A DNA stretch of 64,000 bases from an uncultured Solirubrobacteraceae bacterium (GTDB lineage Bacteria > Actinomycetota > Thermoleophilia > Solirubrobacterales > Solirubrobacteraceae): positions 276,856 through 340,855 of the forward strand of contig CAVTRA010000002.1 in assembly GCA_963737025.1 (NCBI GenBank). Direction: 5' to 3'. Made by a program: the position numbers and the translations under genes. This document shows positions 9,726 through 19,089 of the stretch, piece after piece. Position 1 is the first letter of the stretch, and every line of letters starts with the position of its first letter. The notes beneath the pieces were generated by a model. The model made no database searches, had not been told where the DNA came from, and worked only from the letters and a program-made list of their open reading frames with translations.

Positions 9726-12335
9726 CTAGTCGCTGACGGCCGTGGCGGAGTGTTCGGTCGGGGTTTCGAGCATTGCGAGCACGCGGGGCACATCGGCCTC
9801 GGTGATCAGCACCTGTCGTGGCTTGGAGCCTTCGTAGCCGGAGATCACCCCGCGGCGCTCGAGCATGTCGATCATGCGCCCGGCGCGGGTGTAACCAAGG
9901 CGCAGGCGACGCTGGAGCATCGAGGTGGACGCCGTCTGCATTTCGGCGACGAGGCGGATCGCGTCGGTCAGCAGCGGATCCTCGTCGGGGTCGAACTCGT
10001 CGGGGCCTTTATCGGAGCCGTCTCCCCCCTCCGGTGCGACCTCCTCGAGCAGCTCCTCACGCAGCTCCGGCTCGCCCTGACGGCGCCACAGATCGGTCAG
10101 CTTGGCGATCTGCGCCTCGTCGATGTAGGCACCCTGGATGCGTTGCAGGCGCGAGCTGCCGACTGGGCTGAACAGCAGGTCGCCCTGCCCGAGCAGCGAC
10201 TCGGCTCCGTTTTGGTCGAGGATCACGCGCGAATCGGTCTGCGAGGAGACCGCGAAGGCGATCCGCGAGGGCACGTTGGCCTTGATCATGCCGGTGATCA
10301 CATCCACGCGCGGGCTCTGGGTCGCGAGCACCAGGTGGATGCCGACGGCCCGCGCCTTCTGCGCCAGGCGGATGATCGAGTCCTCGACGTCGGCCGGCGC
10401 GACCATCATCAGGTCGGCGAGCTCGTCGATCACGCAGAGTATGTAAGGGAGCGGGGCTTCGCCTCGCTTGCGGCGTGCGTTGTTGAGCTCGACCAGGCCG
10501 CGTGTGCGCGCGAGCGACATGATCCCGTAGCGCGCCTCCATCTCCTTGACGAGGTTCTGTAGCGCGTTGGCGGCCATCCGCGGGCTGGTGATCACCGGCG
10601 TCAGCAGATGCGGGATCGACTCGTAGTGGTTGAGCTCGACCTGCTTGGGGTCGACGAGCACGAGGCGCACCTCGTGCGGCGTCGCGCGCAGCAGCACGCT
10701 CGAGAGCATCGCGTTGATCGCAGCGGACTTGCCCGCGCCGGTGGTGCCTGCGACGAGGATGTGCGGCATCTTCGCGAGGTCGGCGCCGATCGCCTTGCCG
10801 GCGACGTCCTTGCCGAGCCACACGGTCAGCGGCGACCAGTCCTTGGGTGCGGCCTGGTAGACGTCGCCGAGCCTGACGATGCGTCGGTGCGCGTTGGGCA
10901 CCTCGACGCCGACCGCCTGCTTGCCGGGGATCGGCGCGAGGATGCGGATGTCGGTCGCCGCGAGCGCGTAGGCGAGGTCGTCCTTGAGCTGTGCGACCTT
11001 GGCGACCTTCGTGCCGGGAGCGAGGCGCAGCTCATAGCGCGTGATGTGCGGCCCGGCGACCGTGCCGATCACCTTGGCCTGCACTCCGAAATGTCCGAGC
11101 GCCTCGACCAGGTGGGTGGCGATGCGCTCCTGCCCGGCGGTGTCGGGACGCGTCTGCTCGGCGCTCGAGCGGGTCAGCAGCGTGGCGGCCTCGGGCACGC
11201 TCCACACGAAGTCGGGGTCGTCGGTCACCGAGCCCCGTAGCCGGCCTTGCGGGGTCAATTGATCGGGGCCCACCCCCCCGAGCGCGTCCGGGTCAGCGTG
11301 GGCGACGCCGGCGATCTCCTCCTCCTCGCCGTCACGTTCCGCGCCGGCGGCCGGCGGGTGTTCGTCCTCGGCCGGGTGCGCGGAGGGCTCCTGTGGCTGG
11401 GGGAACTCGTCGGCGTGAGCGTCCTCGTCGTCGCCCCACTCGTGGGAGGGTGCCTCGACGTGCGTCGAGCGCACGATCAGCTCGCGCTCGTTCGGCTCGG
11501 GAGGCATCAGCCTGTGCACCGACTCCGCCCGATCATCGCTCGCCTCGACACGCGGCCCGCGTCCGGAGTCGGCCGCGGGCTCGCGCTCGCGCTCGCGCAG
11601 CCTGCGCATCATGCGCGTCGTGTCGACGACGCCGCTGCCGGTCGCGCGGATCACGCTCGCGATCGAGGCGCCGGTCAAGAGGATCACGCCTGTCAGCAGC
11701 AGGAAGACCACGAGGATGTCGACGCCGACATCCTGAACCAGCCGGTGGGTGAGCTGGTAGAGAGCCTCACCGAGGACTCCGCCATGGGTCTGCAGGTGCG
11801 CGGATGCCCATACGCGGCCGCCATTGCCGCCGCTCGCGAGGCCGAACATGCCGGCGGCGAGCGCGAGCGTGACCGCAGCGAACAGGCAAACGGCGCCGGT
11901 GCGCAGCGGGCGCAACGCCGGCAGCACCGGGCGCAGCAGCAGCGCGCCGCCGCCCACCACCACGGCTACGGGCGCGAGCACGCGCGCACGGCCGAGCGTC
12001 CAGCCGAGCGCGACGGCGACAGCGTGTCCCCCACGGCCTCCGTTCCAGCCGCCGTAGAGGACGAAGCCCATGAACACGCCCGCGGCCACGAGCGCGAGCC
12101 CCAACACGTCGCGCTCGCGCTGATCGAGCACGGGCAGCCGCGGCAGCCCGCCCGACAGCAGCGAGCCGAGAGCGCCGGGACCACCGCCACGGCCTGTGCG
12201 GCGGCGAGCGCGGCCGCGGCCAGGCGCTTTGCGGCGAGCGCTCGAAGATCGAGCCCCGGAGGAGCGTGCAGGGGCACGCTTGCGTGTGCCCCTCGGGGTG
12301 CGCGTGCCAGCCATCCAGCGCAACTTCGACATCAC
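9726..12335 (-). CDS. ftsK: DNA translocase FtsK/SpoIIIE
   Basis: N-terminal TM domain, GPHITRYE, HILVAGTTGAGKS, IDELADLMM, GAESLLGQGD, and gamma domain STSMLQRRLRLGYTRAGR. Exact start uncertain. Confidence 0.96.
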   Translation of the reverse strand: MMSKLRWMAGTRTPRGTRKRAPARSSGARSSSARRKAPGRGRARRRTGRGGGPGALGSLLSGGLPRLPVLDQRERDVLGLALVAAGVFMGFVLYGGWNGGRGGHAVAVALGWTLGRARVLAPVAVVVGGGALLLRPVLPALRPLRTGAVCLFAAVTLALAAGMFGLASGGNGGRVWASAHLQTHGGVLGEALYQLTHRLVQDVGVDILVVFLLLTGVILLTGASIASVIRATGSGVVDTTRMMRRLREREREPAADSGRGPRVEASDDRAESVHRLMPPEPNERELIVRSTHVEAPSHEWGDDEDAHADEFPQPQEPSAHPAEDEHPPAAGAERDGEEEEIAGVAHADPDALGGVGPDQLTPQGRLRGSVTDDPDFVWSVPEAATLLTRSSAEQTRPDTAGQERIATHLVEALGHFGVQAKVIGTVAGPHITRYELRLAPGTKVAKVAQLKDDLAYALAATDIRILAPIPGKQAVGVEVPNAHRRIVRLGDVYQAAPKDWSPLTVWLGKDVAGKAIGADLAKMPHILVAGTTGAGKSAAINAMLSSVLLRATPHEVRLVLVDPKQVELNHYESIPHLLTPVITSPRMAANALQNLVKEMEARYGIMSLARTRGLVELNNARRKRGEAPLPYILCVIDELADLMMVAPADVEDSIIRLAQKARAVGIHLVLATQSPRVDVITGMIKANVPSRIAFAVSSQTDSRVILDQNGAESLLGQGDLLFSPVGSSRLQRIQGAYIDEAQIAKLTDLWRRQGEPELREELLEEVAPEGGDGSDKGPDEFDPDEDPLLTDAIRLVAEMQTASTSMLQRRLRLGYTRAGRMIDMLERRGVISGYEGSKPRQVLITEADVPRVLAMLETPTEHSATAVSD

Positions 12336-12398
12336 ACGCCGGGAACCTGCCTGAAACCCCTTACCATCACTTTACACGCGGCCAGTTACATAAAGACC

Positions 12399-13085
12399 AT
12401 GAACGACTTCTCCCGCGCCCCCCGCGTCCTGGTCGTCGAGGACGACGAGGACATCGCCCAAGCTCTCCAGCGCTCACTGCGGATGGAGGGGTATGACGTG
12501 CGAACGGCGGCTGACGGGCACGCCGCGCTCGAGCAGGGCCATGCGTTCGCGCCGGACCTTGTGATTCTCGACCTGGGGCTGCCGAAGCTCGACGGAGTCG
12601 AGGTCGCCCGCGAGCTGCGCGCCGACGACGACGTCCCGATCCTGATTCTGACCGCACGCGACGCGCTGGAGTCTCGCGTCGAGGGACTCGACGCGGGCGC
12701 CGATGACTACCTGGTCAAGCCGTTCGAGCGCCAGGAGCTGCTGGCGCGGATGCGCGCGCTGCTGCGCCGGCGCCCGCCGCGCGGCTCGGCGCCGCTGCGC
12801 GTCGGCGACCTGTCGCTGAACGTCGACACACACGAGGTGCTGCGTGGCGGACGCGTGATCGAGCTGACGCAGCGCGAGTTCGAGCTGCTGGAGTACCTGA
12901 TGCGCAACGAGCGCATCGTGATCTCGCGCCAGCGCCTGCTCGACGAGGTATGGGGCTATGACCCGTTTTCGACCACGAACACGATCGAGGTGTTCGTGTC
13001 GAACTTGCGCCGCAAGCTGGAGTCCGGCGGTGAGCCGCGCCTGCTGCACACCATCAGGGGAGCCGGCTACGTCCTCCGGGCTTAG
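12399..13085 (+). CDS. OmpR/PhoB-family response regulator (MprA-like)
   Basis: RVLVVEDD, DLVILDLGLP, GADDYLVKPF, and winged helix LTQREFELLEYL...LHTIRGAGY. The real start is ATG 12399 inside the track's 612-aa shadow ORF. Confidence 0.93.
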   Translation: MNDFSRAPRVLVVEDDEDIAQALQRSLRMEGYDVRTAADGHAALEQGHAFAPDLVILDLGLPKLDGVEVARELRADDDVPILILTARDALESRVEGLDAGADDYLVKPFERQELLARMRALLRRRPPRGSAPLRVGDLSLNVDTHEVLRGGRVIELTQREFELLEYLMRNERIVISRQRLLDEVWGYDPFSTTNTIEVFVSNLRRKLESGGEPRLLHTIRGAGYVLRA

Positions 13086-13248
13086 AACCTGTTTCAAAAA
13101 GATCGGCACGCCCGGATGCGTCCCTGGACGCTGCGCTGGATCGCCACGTGCCGGCTTGCCCGTGCTACCAGCACGACCTTCACCGGCCCGCGTCGCCCAG
13201 CTTGGTCCATGAACGCCCCGACCGCACCGCCTATTTTGAAACAGGTTC
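13085..13248. mobile_element. MITE-like element with perfect 15-bp terminal inverted repeats
   Basis: GAACCTGTTTCAAAA (13085-13099) and its exact reverse complement TTTTGAAACAGGTTC (13234-13248), with central hairpin CGTGCT-ACC-AGCACG (13161-13175). No clear target-site duplication. Confidence 0.7.
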
Positions 13249-14753
13249 GTGACCTCGCGGCGCGGCTACGGCTGCTGGCGCCGCTGCGCAGCGCAAGCGC
13301 CCGCGTCTCGGCGAGCTTCGACCGCCTGCCGATCCGCGTACGCCTTGCCGGGGTCTCGGCGCTGTTGACATTCGTGATCCTGTGCGCGTTCGCGCTGGCG
13401 ATCGGCTCGCTGACCGTCGAGCGGATCCGGGCGGACTTCAACCGCGACGTGCTGCAGACGGCCGAATCGCTGCCGTCGCAGCTCAAGATCAGCGTCCATC
13501 CGCTGCGGATCAGCAGCCCGCTCGAAGACTTCGCCTCGAACGCCAGCCACTCTGAGATCCGGATCCTCTCGCTCGGCGGCCAGCTGATCGCGAAGGAACC
13601 CGCGAACGGGCCCGCGCTCGGCCCGCCGGAGCTGAGCGCTGAGACGGTCAACGGCTATCGCGTCCTCAGCCGCGAAGCGAACGTCACGCTCAGCGGCAGC
13701 GGCGAGCCGATCGGTCGCGTGATCGTCCAGTACGGGAGGTCGGTCGCGACGACCGAGGCGACGTGCAAGCGCGTCGAGCTGTTCCTCGTGCTCGGCGTGC
13801 TCGCGGGCAGCCTGCTGGCGCTGGTCGCGGGCATGGCGATCGCGCGGCGGGCAATGAAGCCGATCGCGGAGCTCACGAGCACCGCCGCCGAGATCGCGCG
13901 CACGCGCGACCCATCACGCGGGATCCCGCAGTCACCGGCCGACGACGAGGTCTCCGAGCTCGCGCGCACGCTGGAGGGCATGCTTCGTGAGCTCGACGCC
14001 GCACGATCGGAGACGGAGTCGATGCTCGCCCGCCAGCGCCGGTTCGTCGCGGACGCCTCGCACGAGCTGCGCACGCCGCTGACGAGCGTGCTCGCGAACC
14101 TCGAGCTGCTCGCGGAATCCCTGCACGGCGACCAGGGCGACGCCGCGCGCTCGGCGCTGCGCTCTTCCCAGCGCATGCGACGCCTCGTCGCCGACCTGCT
14201 GCTGCTGGCGCGCACGGACGCGGCGCGGGTGGTGGCGCACGAACCGTGTGATCTGGCGCAGATCGTGGCGGAGGCGGCGGGCGAGCTCGGGCCGGTCAGC
14301 TCCGAACACGACATCTCGCTCGACATTCACCCCGCGACGGTGCTGGGCTCGCGTGACGAGCTGCACAGGATCACGATCAACCTGCTCGAAAACGCGCTGC
14401 GCCACACGCCGCCGAACACCCAGATCCACGTCTCGACCCAGACCACCTCCGACGGCAAGGCGCAGCTGGTGGTCGAAGACGACGGACCGGGCATCCCGGC
14501 AGAGCTCGTGCCGACGCTGTTCGAGCGCTTCGTGCGCGGCGCGGGCGACCGCGGCGGCTCGTTCGGGCTCGGGCTGGCGATCGTGCAGGCGGTGGCGGTC
14601 GCGCACGGCGGCAGCGTCACGCTGGAGCGGTCGCGGATCGGCGACCCGGAGCACGCAACGGGTGCGCGCTTCGTCGTGACGATGCCGGCTTACTCAGACC
14701 TCGACGACGACCGGCAGGACCATCGGGCGTCGCTTCAGGCGGTCGTAGACTAG
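13209..14753 (+). CDS. Membrane sensor histidine kinase (HAMP-HisKA-HATPase)
   Basis: Two TM segments, H-box RFVADASHELRTPL, N-box NLLENALRH, G boxes DDGPGIP and GSFGLGLAIV. The start (ATG 13209 or TTG 13236) lies inside the inverted-repeat element. Confidence 0.92.
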   Translation: MNAPTAPPILKQVRDLAARLRLLAPLRSASARVSASFDRLPIRVRLAGVSALLTFVILCAFALAIGSLTVERIRADFNRDVLQTAESLPSQLKISVHPLRISSPLEDFASNASHSEIRILSLGGQLIAKEPANGPALGPPELSAETVNGYRVLSREANVTLSGSGEPIGRVIVQYGRSVATTEATCKRVELFLVLGVLAGSLLALVAGMAIARRAMKPIAELTSTAAEIARTRDPSRGIPQSPADDEVSELARTLEGMLRELDAARSETESMLARQRRFVADASHELRTPLTSVLANLELLAESLHGDQGDAARSALRSSQRMRRLVADLLLLARTDAARVVAHEPCDLAQIVAEAAGELGPVSSEHDISLDIHPATVLGSRDELHRITINLLENALRHTPPNTQIHVSTQTTSDGKAQLVVEDDGPGIPAELVPTLFERFVRGAGDRGGSFGLGLAIVQAVAVAHGGSVTLERSRIGDPEHATGARFVVTMPAYSDLDDDRQDHRASLQAVVD

Positions 14754-16370
14754 CTTCGCGAGATCGTCGTGCAGCGCTTGCTGCAGCAGGTCCACCTCCC
14801 TGATTTCCTCGCTGGCGGCGCGCTGCAGGGATTGCTCGACGGTCAGGCGGATCTCCTCAATGAGCTCGTCTGCCTGATCGAGAAAGGGCACGCCGCGGAA
14901 GATCACCTCGGGATCGGCGACCGAGCTCCCGTCCTGCTCGGCGATCGTCACGACGACGATGAAGATGCCGTCGGCCGAGAGCATCCGCCGGTCGCGAAGC
15001 GCGGCGTCGGCCAGCTCGCCGATCTCGACGCCGTCGACGAAGATCATGCCCGCCTGCTCGCGCGCGGCGAAGCGCGCGCCGCGCTCGTCGATCTCCAGCG
15101 GCAGCCCGTTGTCGCCCTGGAAGATGTCGCGCGGCGGCACACCGACCGCCTCGGCGAGCTGGGCGTGCAGGCGCAGCCGCTTGAAGTCGCCGTGGAAGGG
15201 CATCACGTAGCGCGGCTTGACGAGGTTGAGCATCAGCTTGACCTCCTCCGCGTAGCCGTGTCCGGACGCGTGCACCGGCGCCTCGCGGGGCGTGATGACG
15301 TCGCAGCCGATGTGGTAGAGCCGATCGATCGTCTCGTTCACCGCGCGCTCGTTGCCCGGCACGGGCGTCGCCGAGAACACAACGGTGTCGCCCGCCTTGA
15401 GCTCCACCTGGGGATGGTCGCGGTAGGCCATCCTGCGCAGCGCCGATAGCGGCTCGCCCTGGGAGCCGGTCGAGACGATCACGACGCGCTCGTCGGGGAA
15501 GTCGGAGATCTCGCGGGGGCCGACGAGCATCCCGTCCGGGATCTCGATGTGACCGAGCGTGCGCCCGATACCGACGTTCTTGCGCATCGAGCGCCCCACG
15601 AGGGCGACCTTGCGATCGAGCGCGTAGGCGGCATCCACGACCTGCTGTACGCGATGGATGTTCGAGGCGAAGCTCGTCACGACGATCCGCCCGTCGCAGC
15701 GTGCGAACACCTCCTCCAGGTGCGGACCGACGACCGACTCCGACGGCGAGAACCCCGGGCGATCGACATTGGTTGAGTCCCCGCACAGCAGCAGCACGCC
15801 CTCGCGCCCGAGTTCGGCCAGGCGTGAGACGTCCGCTGGCGGGCCGTCGACGGGCGTCTGATCGAACTTGTAGTCGCCGGTGATCAGCACCGTGCCGAGG
15901 TCGGTGCCGAGCGCGACGGCGCTGGAGTCGGGGATCGAGTGCGTCATATGCACGAGCTCGAGCGAGAACGGGCCCAGCTCGAGCGTCTCGCCGGGGTCCA
16001 CGTCGTTGAGCTCGACATCACGAAGCTTGTGCTCTTCGAGCTTCGAGCGCGCCATCGCGACGGTCAGCGCGCCGGCGTAGACCGGCGGCAGGCTGGGCGG
16101 GCTCCCGTTGCCCAGCTCGCGCAGCACCCAGGGCAGCGCGCCCAGATGGTCCTCGTGACCGTGGGTCACGACGATCGCCTCGATGTCGCGGGCACGCTCA
16201 CGCAGGTAGGAGAAGTCGGGCAGCACCAGGTCGATGCCGACCATCTCGGGCGTCGGGAAGCGCAGGCCGACGTCGACGACGACGATCCGGTCCTCGTACT
16301 CGACGACCGTCATGTTCTTGCCTATCTCCCCCAGTCCACCGAGGGGCAGGACGCGCAGCTTTTGGCTCAC
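14694..16370 (-). CDS. rnj: Ribonuclease J
   Basis: LPLGGLGEIGKN, THGHEDHLG, STGSQGEP, VHASGH, YVMPFHGD. Confidence 0.97.
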   Translation of the reverse strand: MSQKLRVLPLGGLGEIGKNMTVVEYEDRIVVVDVGLRFPTPEMVGIDLVLPDFSYLRERARDIEAIVVTHGHEDHLGALPWVLRELGNGSPPSLPPVYAGALTVAMARSKLEEHKLRDVELNDVDPGETLELGPFSLELVHMTHSIPDSSAVALGTDLGTVLITGDYKFDQTPVDGPPADVSRLAELGREGVLLLCGDSTNVDRPGFSPSESVVGPHLEEVFARCDGRIVVTSFASNIHRVQQVVDAAYALDRKVALVGRSMRKNVGIGRTLGHIEIPDGMLVGPREISDFPDERVVIVSTGSQGEPLSALRRMAYRDHPQVELKAGDTVVFSATPVPGNERAVNETIDRLYHIGCDVITPREAPVHASGHGYAEEVKLMLNLVKPRYVMPFHGDFKRLRLHAQLAEAVGVPPRDIFQGDNGLPLEIDERGARFAAREQAGMIFVDGVEIGELADAALRDRRMLSADGIFIVVVTIAEQDGSSVADPEVIFRGVPFLDQADELIEEIRLTVEQSLQRAASEEIREVDLLQQALHDDLAKLVYDRLKRRPMVLPVVVEV

Positions 16371-17239
16371 GCGGGCGTACGGGCCGATGGGGCCGGCATC
16401 AGGCCGTGGCGTTCAAGCATTCCCTGCACGACTTCCGTCTCCTCGGCAGTGGCCGCCACCAGCGGCAGGCGCAGGCCGCCGACTTCGTGGCCGAGCAGGT
16501 TCAGCGCGGCCTTCGTGCACGTCGGACTGGCGGTCAGGAACAGCGTCTCGTAGACGTCGCGCAGCGACGCGTCGATCTCGGCCCGATGCTCGGGCTCGTC
16601 GACCATGCGACGCATGTCGTTGCCGACGATGTGGCTGGCGACGGTGATGCCGCCGGCGCCGCCGAGGTCGAGCGTGCGCGCGAACGTCGCGTCGTCGCCG
16701 GCGTACAGCTCGAGCCCGTCGATCAGCTGCAGCTCCTTGGCGTTGGCCTGCTTGACGCCGTCGATGCCGTCGATCTGCGCCAGCTCGGCGAGCAGCTCGG
16801 GCCCAATGTTCGTTCCGGTCCTTGCGGGGATGTTGTAGAGCAGCACCGGCCTGTCTGTGGCGGCGGCGACGGCTTCGTAGTGGCGCTTGAGCCCAAGCGG
16901 GCTGGGCCGGTTGTAATAGGGCGTGACCGACAGCATCGCGTCCGCTCCCAGCTCGCTCGCGCGTTCGGTCAGGTGCACCGCCTGGCGGGTGTCGTTGGTG
17001 CCCGTGCCGGCGACGATCGTCTTGCCGGCGGGACGCTCGGAGACTGCGAGGCGGATCAGACCGAGGTGCTCATCCTCACTCATCGTGGAGGCCTCGCCGG
17101 TCGTGCCGGCGACGACGAAGCCGTCGGAGCCGTTCTCGGCGAGGTGCTGCATGAGCGCCACGAACGAGTCCTCGTTGACGTTGCCGCCCTCGTCGAAGGG
17201 CGTGACGATCGCCGTCAGGATGGTGCCGAGGTCGCGCAT
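16367..17239 (-). CDS. dapA: 4-hydroxy-tetrahydrodipicolinate synthase
   Basis: TAIVTPF, GTTGEA, VTPYYNRP, LYNIPARTG and the Schiff-base Lys in GVKQA. Confidence 0.95.
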   Translation of the reverse strand: MRDLGTILTAIVTPFDEGGNVNEDSFVALMQHLAENGSDGFVVAGTTGEASTMSEDEHLGLIRLAVSERPAGKTIVAGTGTNDTRQAVHLTERASELGADAMLSVTPYYNRPSPLGLKRHYEAVAAATDRPVLLYNIPARTGTNIGPELLAELAQIDGIDGVKQANAKELQLIDGLELYAGDDATFARTLDLGGAGGITVASHIVGNDMRRMVDEPEHRAEIDASLRDVYETLFLTASPTCTKAALNLLGHEVGGLRLPLVAATAEETEVVQGMLERHGLMPAPSARTPA

Positions 17240-17313
17240 CGGCTCCAGTATCTCACGCGCACCGCGATCCAGAAGAGCAGCTCCACGATTACGTGCGGGA
17301 TACTCGCCATGTC

Positions 17314-17712
17314 ATGCCCCAAGAGAACGTGGAGCTCGTCGAGCGGCTGATCGACGCCTTCAATCGGCGCGATGTCGACGCCTTCGTCGAGATCACGACG
17401 CCGGACTTCGAATGGTCCACGTCGGTGATGGCTGTCGAGGGCGAGATCTTCTGGGGACGGGAGGGCATCGAGACGTACTTCAAACGGATGCGCGACGCGT
17501 GGGACGAGTTCCGGGGACTCACCGACGAAGTCCGCGATCTCGGCGAGCGTGTCCTATGGCGCGGCCGGGTCGAGGGGCGGGGACGCGTCAGCGGCGTACC
17601 GGTCGACGCGCCGCTCGACATCCTCTACGACTTCCGCGGCGGAAAGATCTCGCGAATGCACTCGTTTCTCGATCGCGACGAGGCGCTGCGAGCCGCTGGG
17701 CTTTCTGAGTGA
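17314..17712 (+). CDS. SnoaL/NTF2-like domain protein
   Basis: MPQENVELVERLIDAFNRRD...GREGIETYF...GKISRMHSFLDRDEALRAAGL, the typical short NTF2-like family of this lineage. Confidence 0.85.
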   Translation: MPQENVELVERLIDAFNRRDVDAFVEITTPDFEWSTSVMAVEGEIFWGREGIETYFKRMRDAWDEFRGLTDEVRDLGERVLWRGRVEGRGRVSGVPVDAPLDILYDFRGGKISRMHSFLDRDEALRAAGLSE

Positions 17713-17748
17713 GAGCTGGGAGAGCACCTCGCGCATCGGCTGCGGCTC

Positions 17749-17790
17749 ACGCACGCTGCGCTCGCGACGGCGCGCGAGCGCAGAGTGCGT
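17749..17790. terminator. GC-rich hairpin between convergent genes (probable bidirectional terminator)
   Basis: ACGCAC-GCTGCGCTCGCG...CGCGAGCGCAG-A-GTGCGT inverted repeat located between the stops at 17712 and 17798. Confidence 0.55.
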
Positions 17791-17797
17791 GCTGGGT

Positions 17798-18268
17798 TCA
17801 GTCGCCGCCCCCGCCGCCGCGCGGGCACACTTTCTTCACCACGGTGCCCGTGCCGGCGTGTCCCGGATCGGGGGCGTAGCCGGGTTCTGTTTCGACGAGC
17901 ACGACTTCCTTCGTGTCGCCAGAGATCGTCCTGCCCGACTTGGTGATGTGGCTCGCGACGATCACGTCGATTCGTTCCGGCAGGGGACCCGCCAGCGGAT
18001 CCGAGCTGTCGCCCGGATGTGTGGTCCAAGTTTCGCCGCAGGCCGGTACTTCGCTCGCGCTGTCGGCGAAGCCCTTGAAGGACGCCGGCGCCAGTCCGCC
18101 GCTGAGGGCGTTTTCCTTCCACCAGTGCGCGCCCCAGAACGTGACGGCGCTGCCGACGGCGGCGTTTTCGTCGCCGATCACGAAGCTGCCTTCGGCCGCG
18201 GCCGGACCGGCGAGCACCGTCGCCGCGAGCGCCGCCAGCGCCGTCGCGATCAGCGCTCTCCGCGCCAT
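17798..18268 (-). CDS. Hypothetical small secreted protein
   Basis: Signal MARRALIATALAALAATVLAGPAAA followed by FVIGD...FWGAHWW...SFKGFA...TWTTHPGDS...PGYAPDPGHAGTGTV, which reads as a folded domain. Confidence 0.75.
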   Translation of the reverse strand: MARRALIATALAALAATVLAGPAAAEGSFVIGDENAAVGSAVTFWGAHWWKENALSGGLAPASFKGFADSASEVPACGETWTTHPGDSSDPLAGPLPERIDVIVASHITKSGRTISGDTKEVVLVETEPGYAPDPGHAGTGTVVKKVCPRGGGGGD

Positions 18269-18402
18269 TCGTCCTGCTCGTCCCGCGCATGCAAGCATTT
18301 ACGACCTCCGTATCTTGGGTTACCGACGTGCCCGATCAACGACCCGCGGGACGCTACAGGCCGACGCGGCCGACCGGAATCGAACATCAGTCCAGCGCGC
18401 GT

Positions 18403-19089
18403 TTAGAACAGCAGGCTCTCGAGGCCCACGGTGGGCGAGTGCTCTAGCCCTCCCACGCGACGCACGGCGAGCAGCACACCCGGCATGAACGACTCGCGGC
18501 CGATCGTGTCGTGGCGAATCGTGAGTGTTTGCGCGACGTCGCCCAGGATCACCTCCTGGTTGGCGACGAGCCCCGGCAGGCGCACCGAATGGATCGGCGG
18601 CGGCTCAGCGCCGCTCGCCTGCGCCATCAGCTCCGCCGTGCGTGCGGCGGTCCCGCTGGGCGCGTCGAGCTTGCCGTCGTGGTGCAGCTCGACGATCTCC
18701 GCCTTGCGCATGTGCCGCGCCGCCTCGGCGGCAAAGCGCATCATCAGTACGGCGCCGATCGCGAAGTTGGGGGCGATCAGGACGTTGCCGCGCGAGCGCT
18801 CACTGCCCGTAGGGGCCGCTTCGAGCCCGTACAGTGGCGCGGCGTCAAAGCCGGTGGTGCCGATCACCACGTGGACGCCGGCGCGCACGCATTTCAGCGC
18901 GTTCTCGAGCGCCGTGTCGGGTCGCGTGAAGTCGACCACGACCTCGGCATCATCAAGCACCTCCGCAAGCTCGGTCCCGAGCAGCGGGTCGGCGCGCCCG
19001 ACGAGCTCCATGTCCTCGGCCCCCAATACCGCCTCGCACACCGTCTGGCCCATCCGCCCGGCGGCGCCGGCGACAGCGACCCTGATCAT
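18403..19089 (-). CDS. dapB: 4-hydroxy-tetrahydrodipicolinate reductase
   Basis: VAVAGAAGRMG, VDFT, VIGTTG, APNFAIG, ELHHDGKLDAPSGTA. Confidence 0.96.
   Translation of the reverse strand: MIRVAVAGAAGRMGQTVCEAVLGAEDMELVGRADPLLGTELAEVLDDAEVVVDFTRPDTALENALKCVRAGVHVVIGTTGFDAAPLYGLEAAPTGSERSRGNVLIAPNFAIGAVLMMRFAAEAARHMRKAEIVELHHDGKLDAPSGTAARTAELMAQASGAEPPPIHSVRLPGLVANQEVILGDVAQTLTIRHDTIGRESFMPGVLLAVRRVGGLEHSPTVGLESLLF

Noticed and set aside
11247-12398. N-terminal ~380 aa of the 612-aa ORF (apparent large fusion to a response regulator)
   Set aside because: It lies antisense to ftsK; the real gene starts at ATG 12399.
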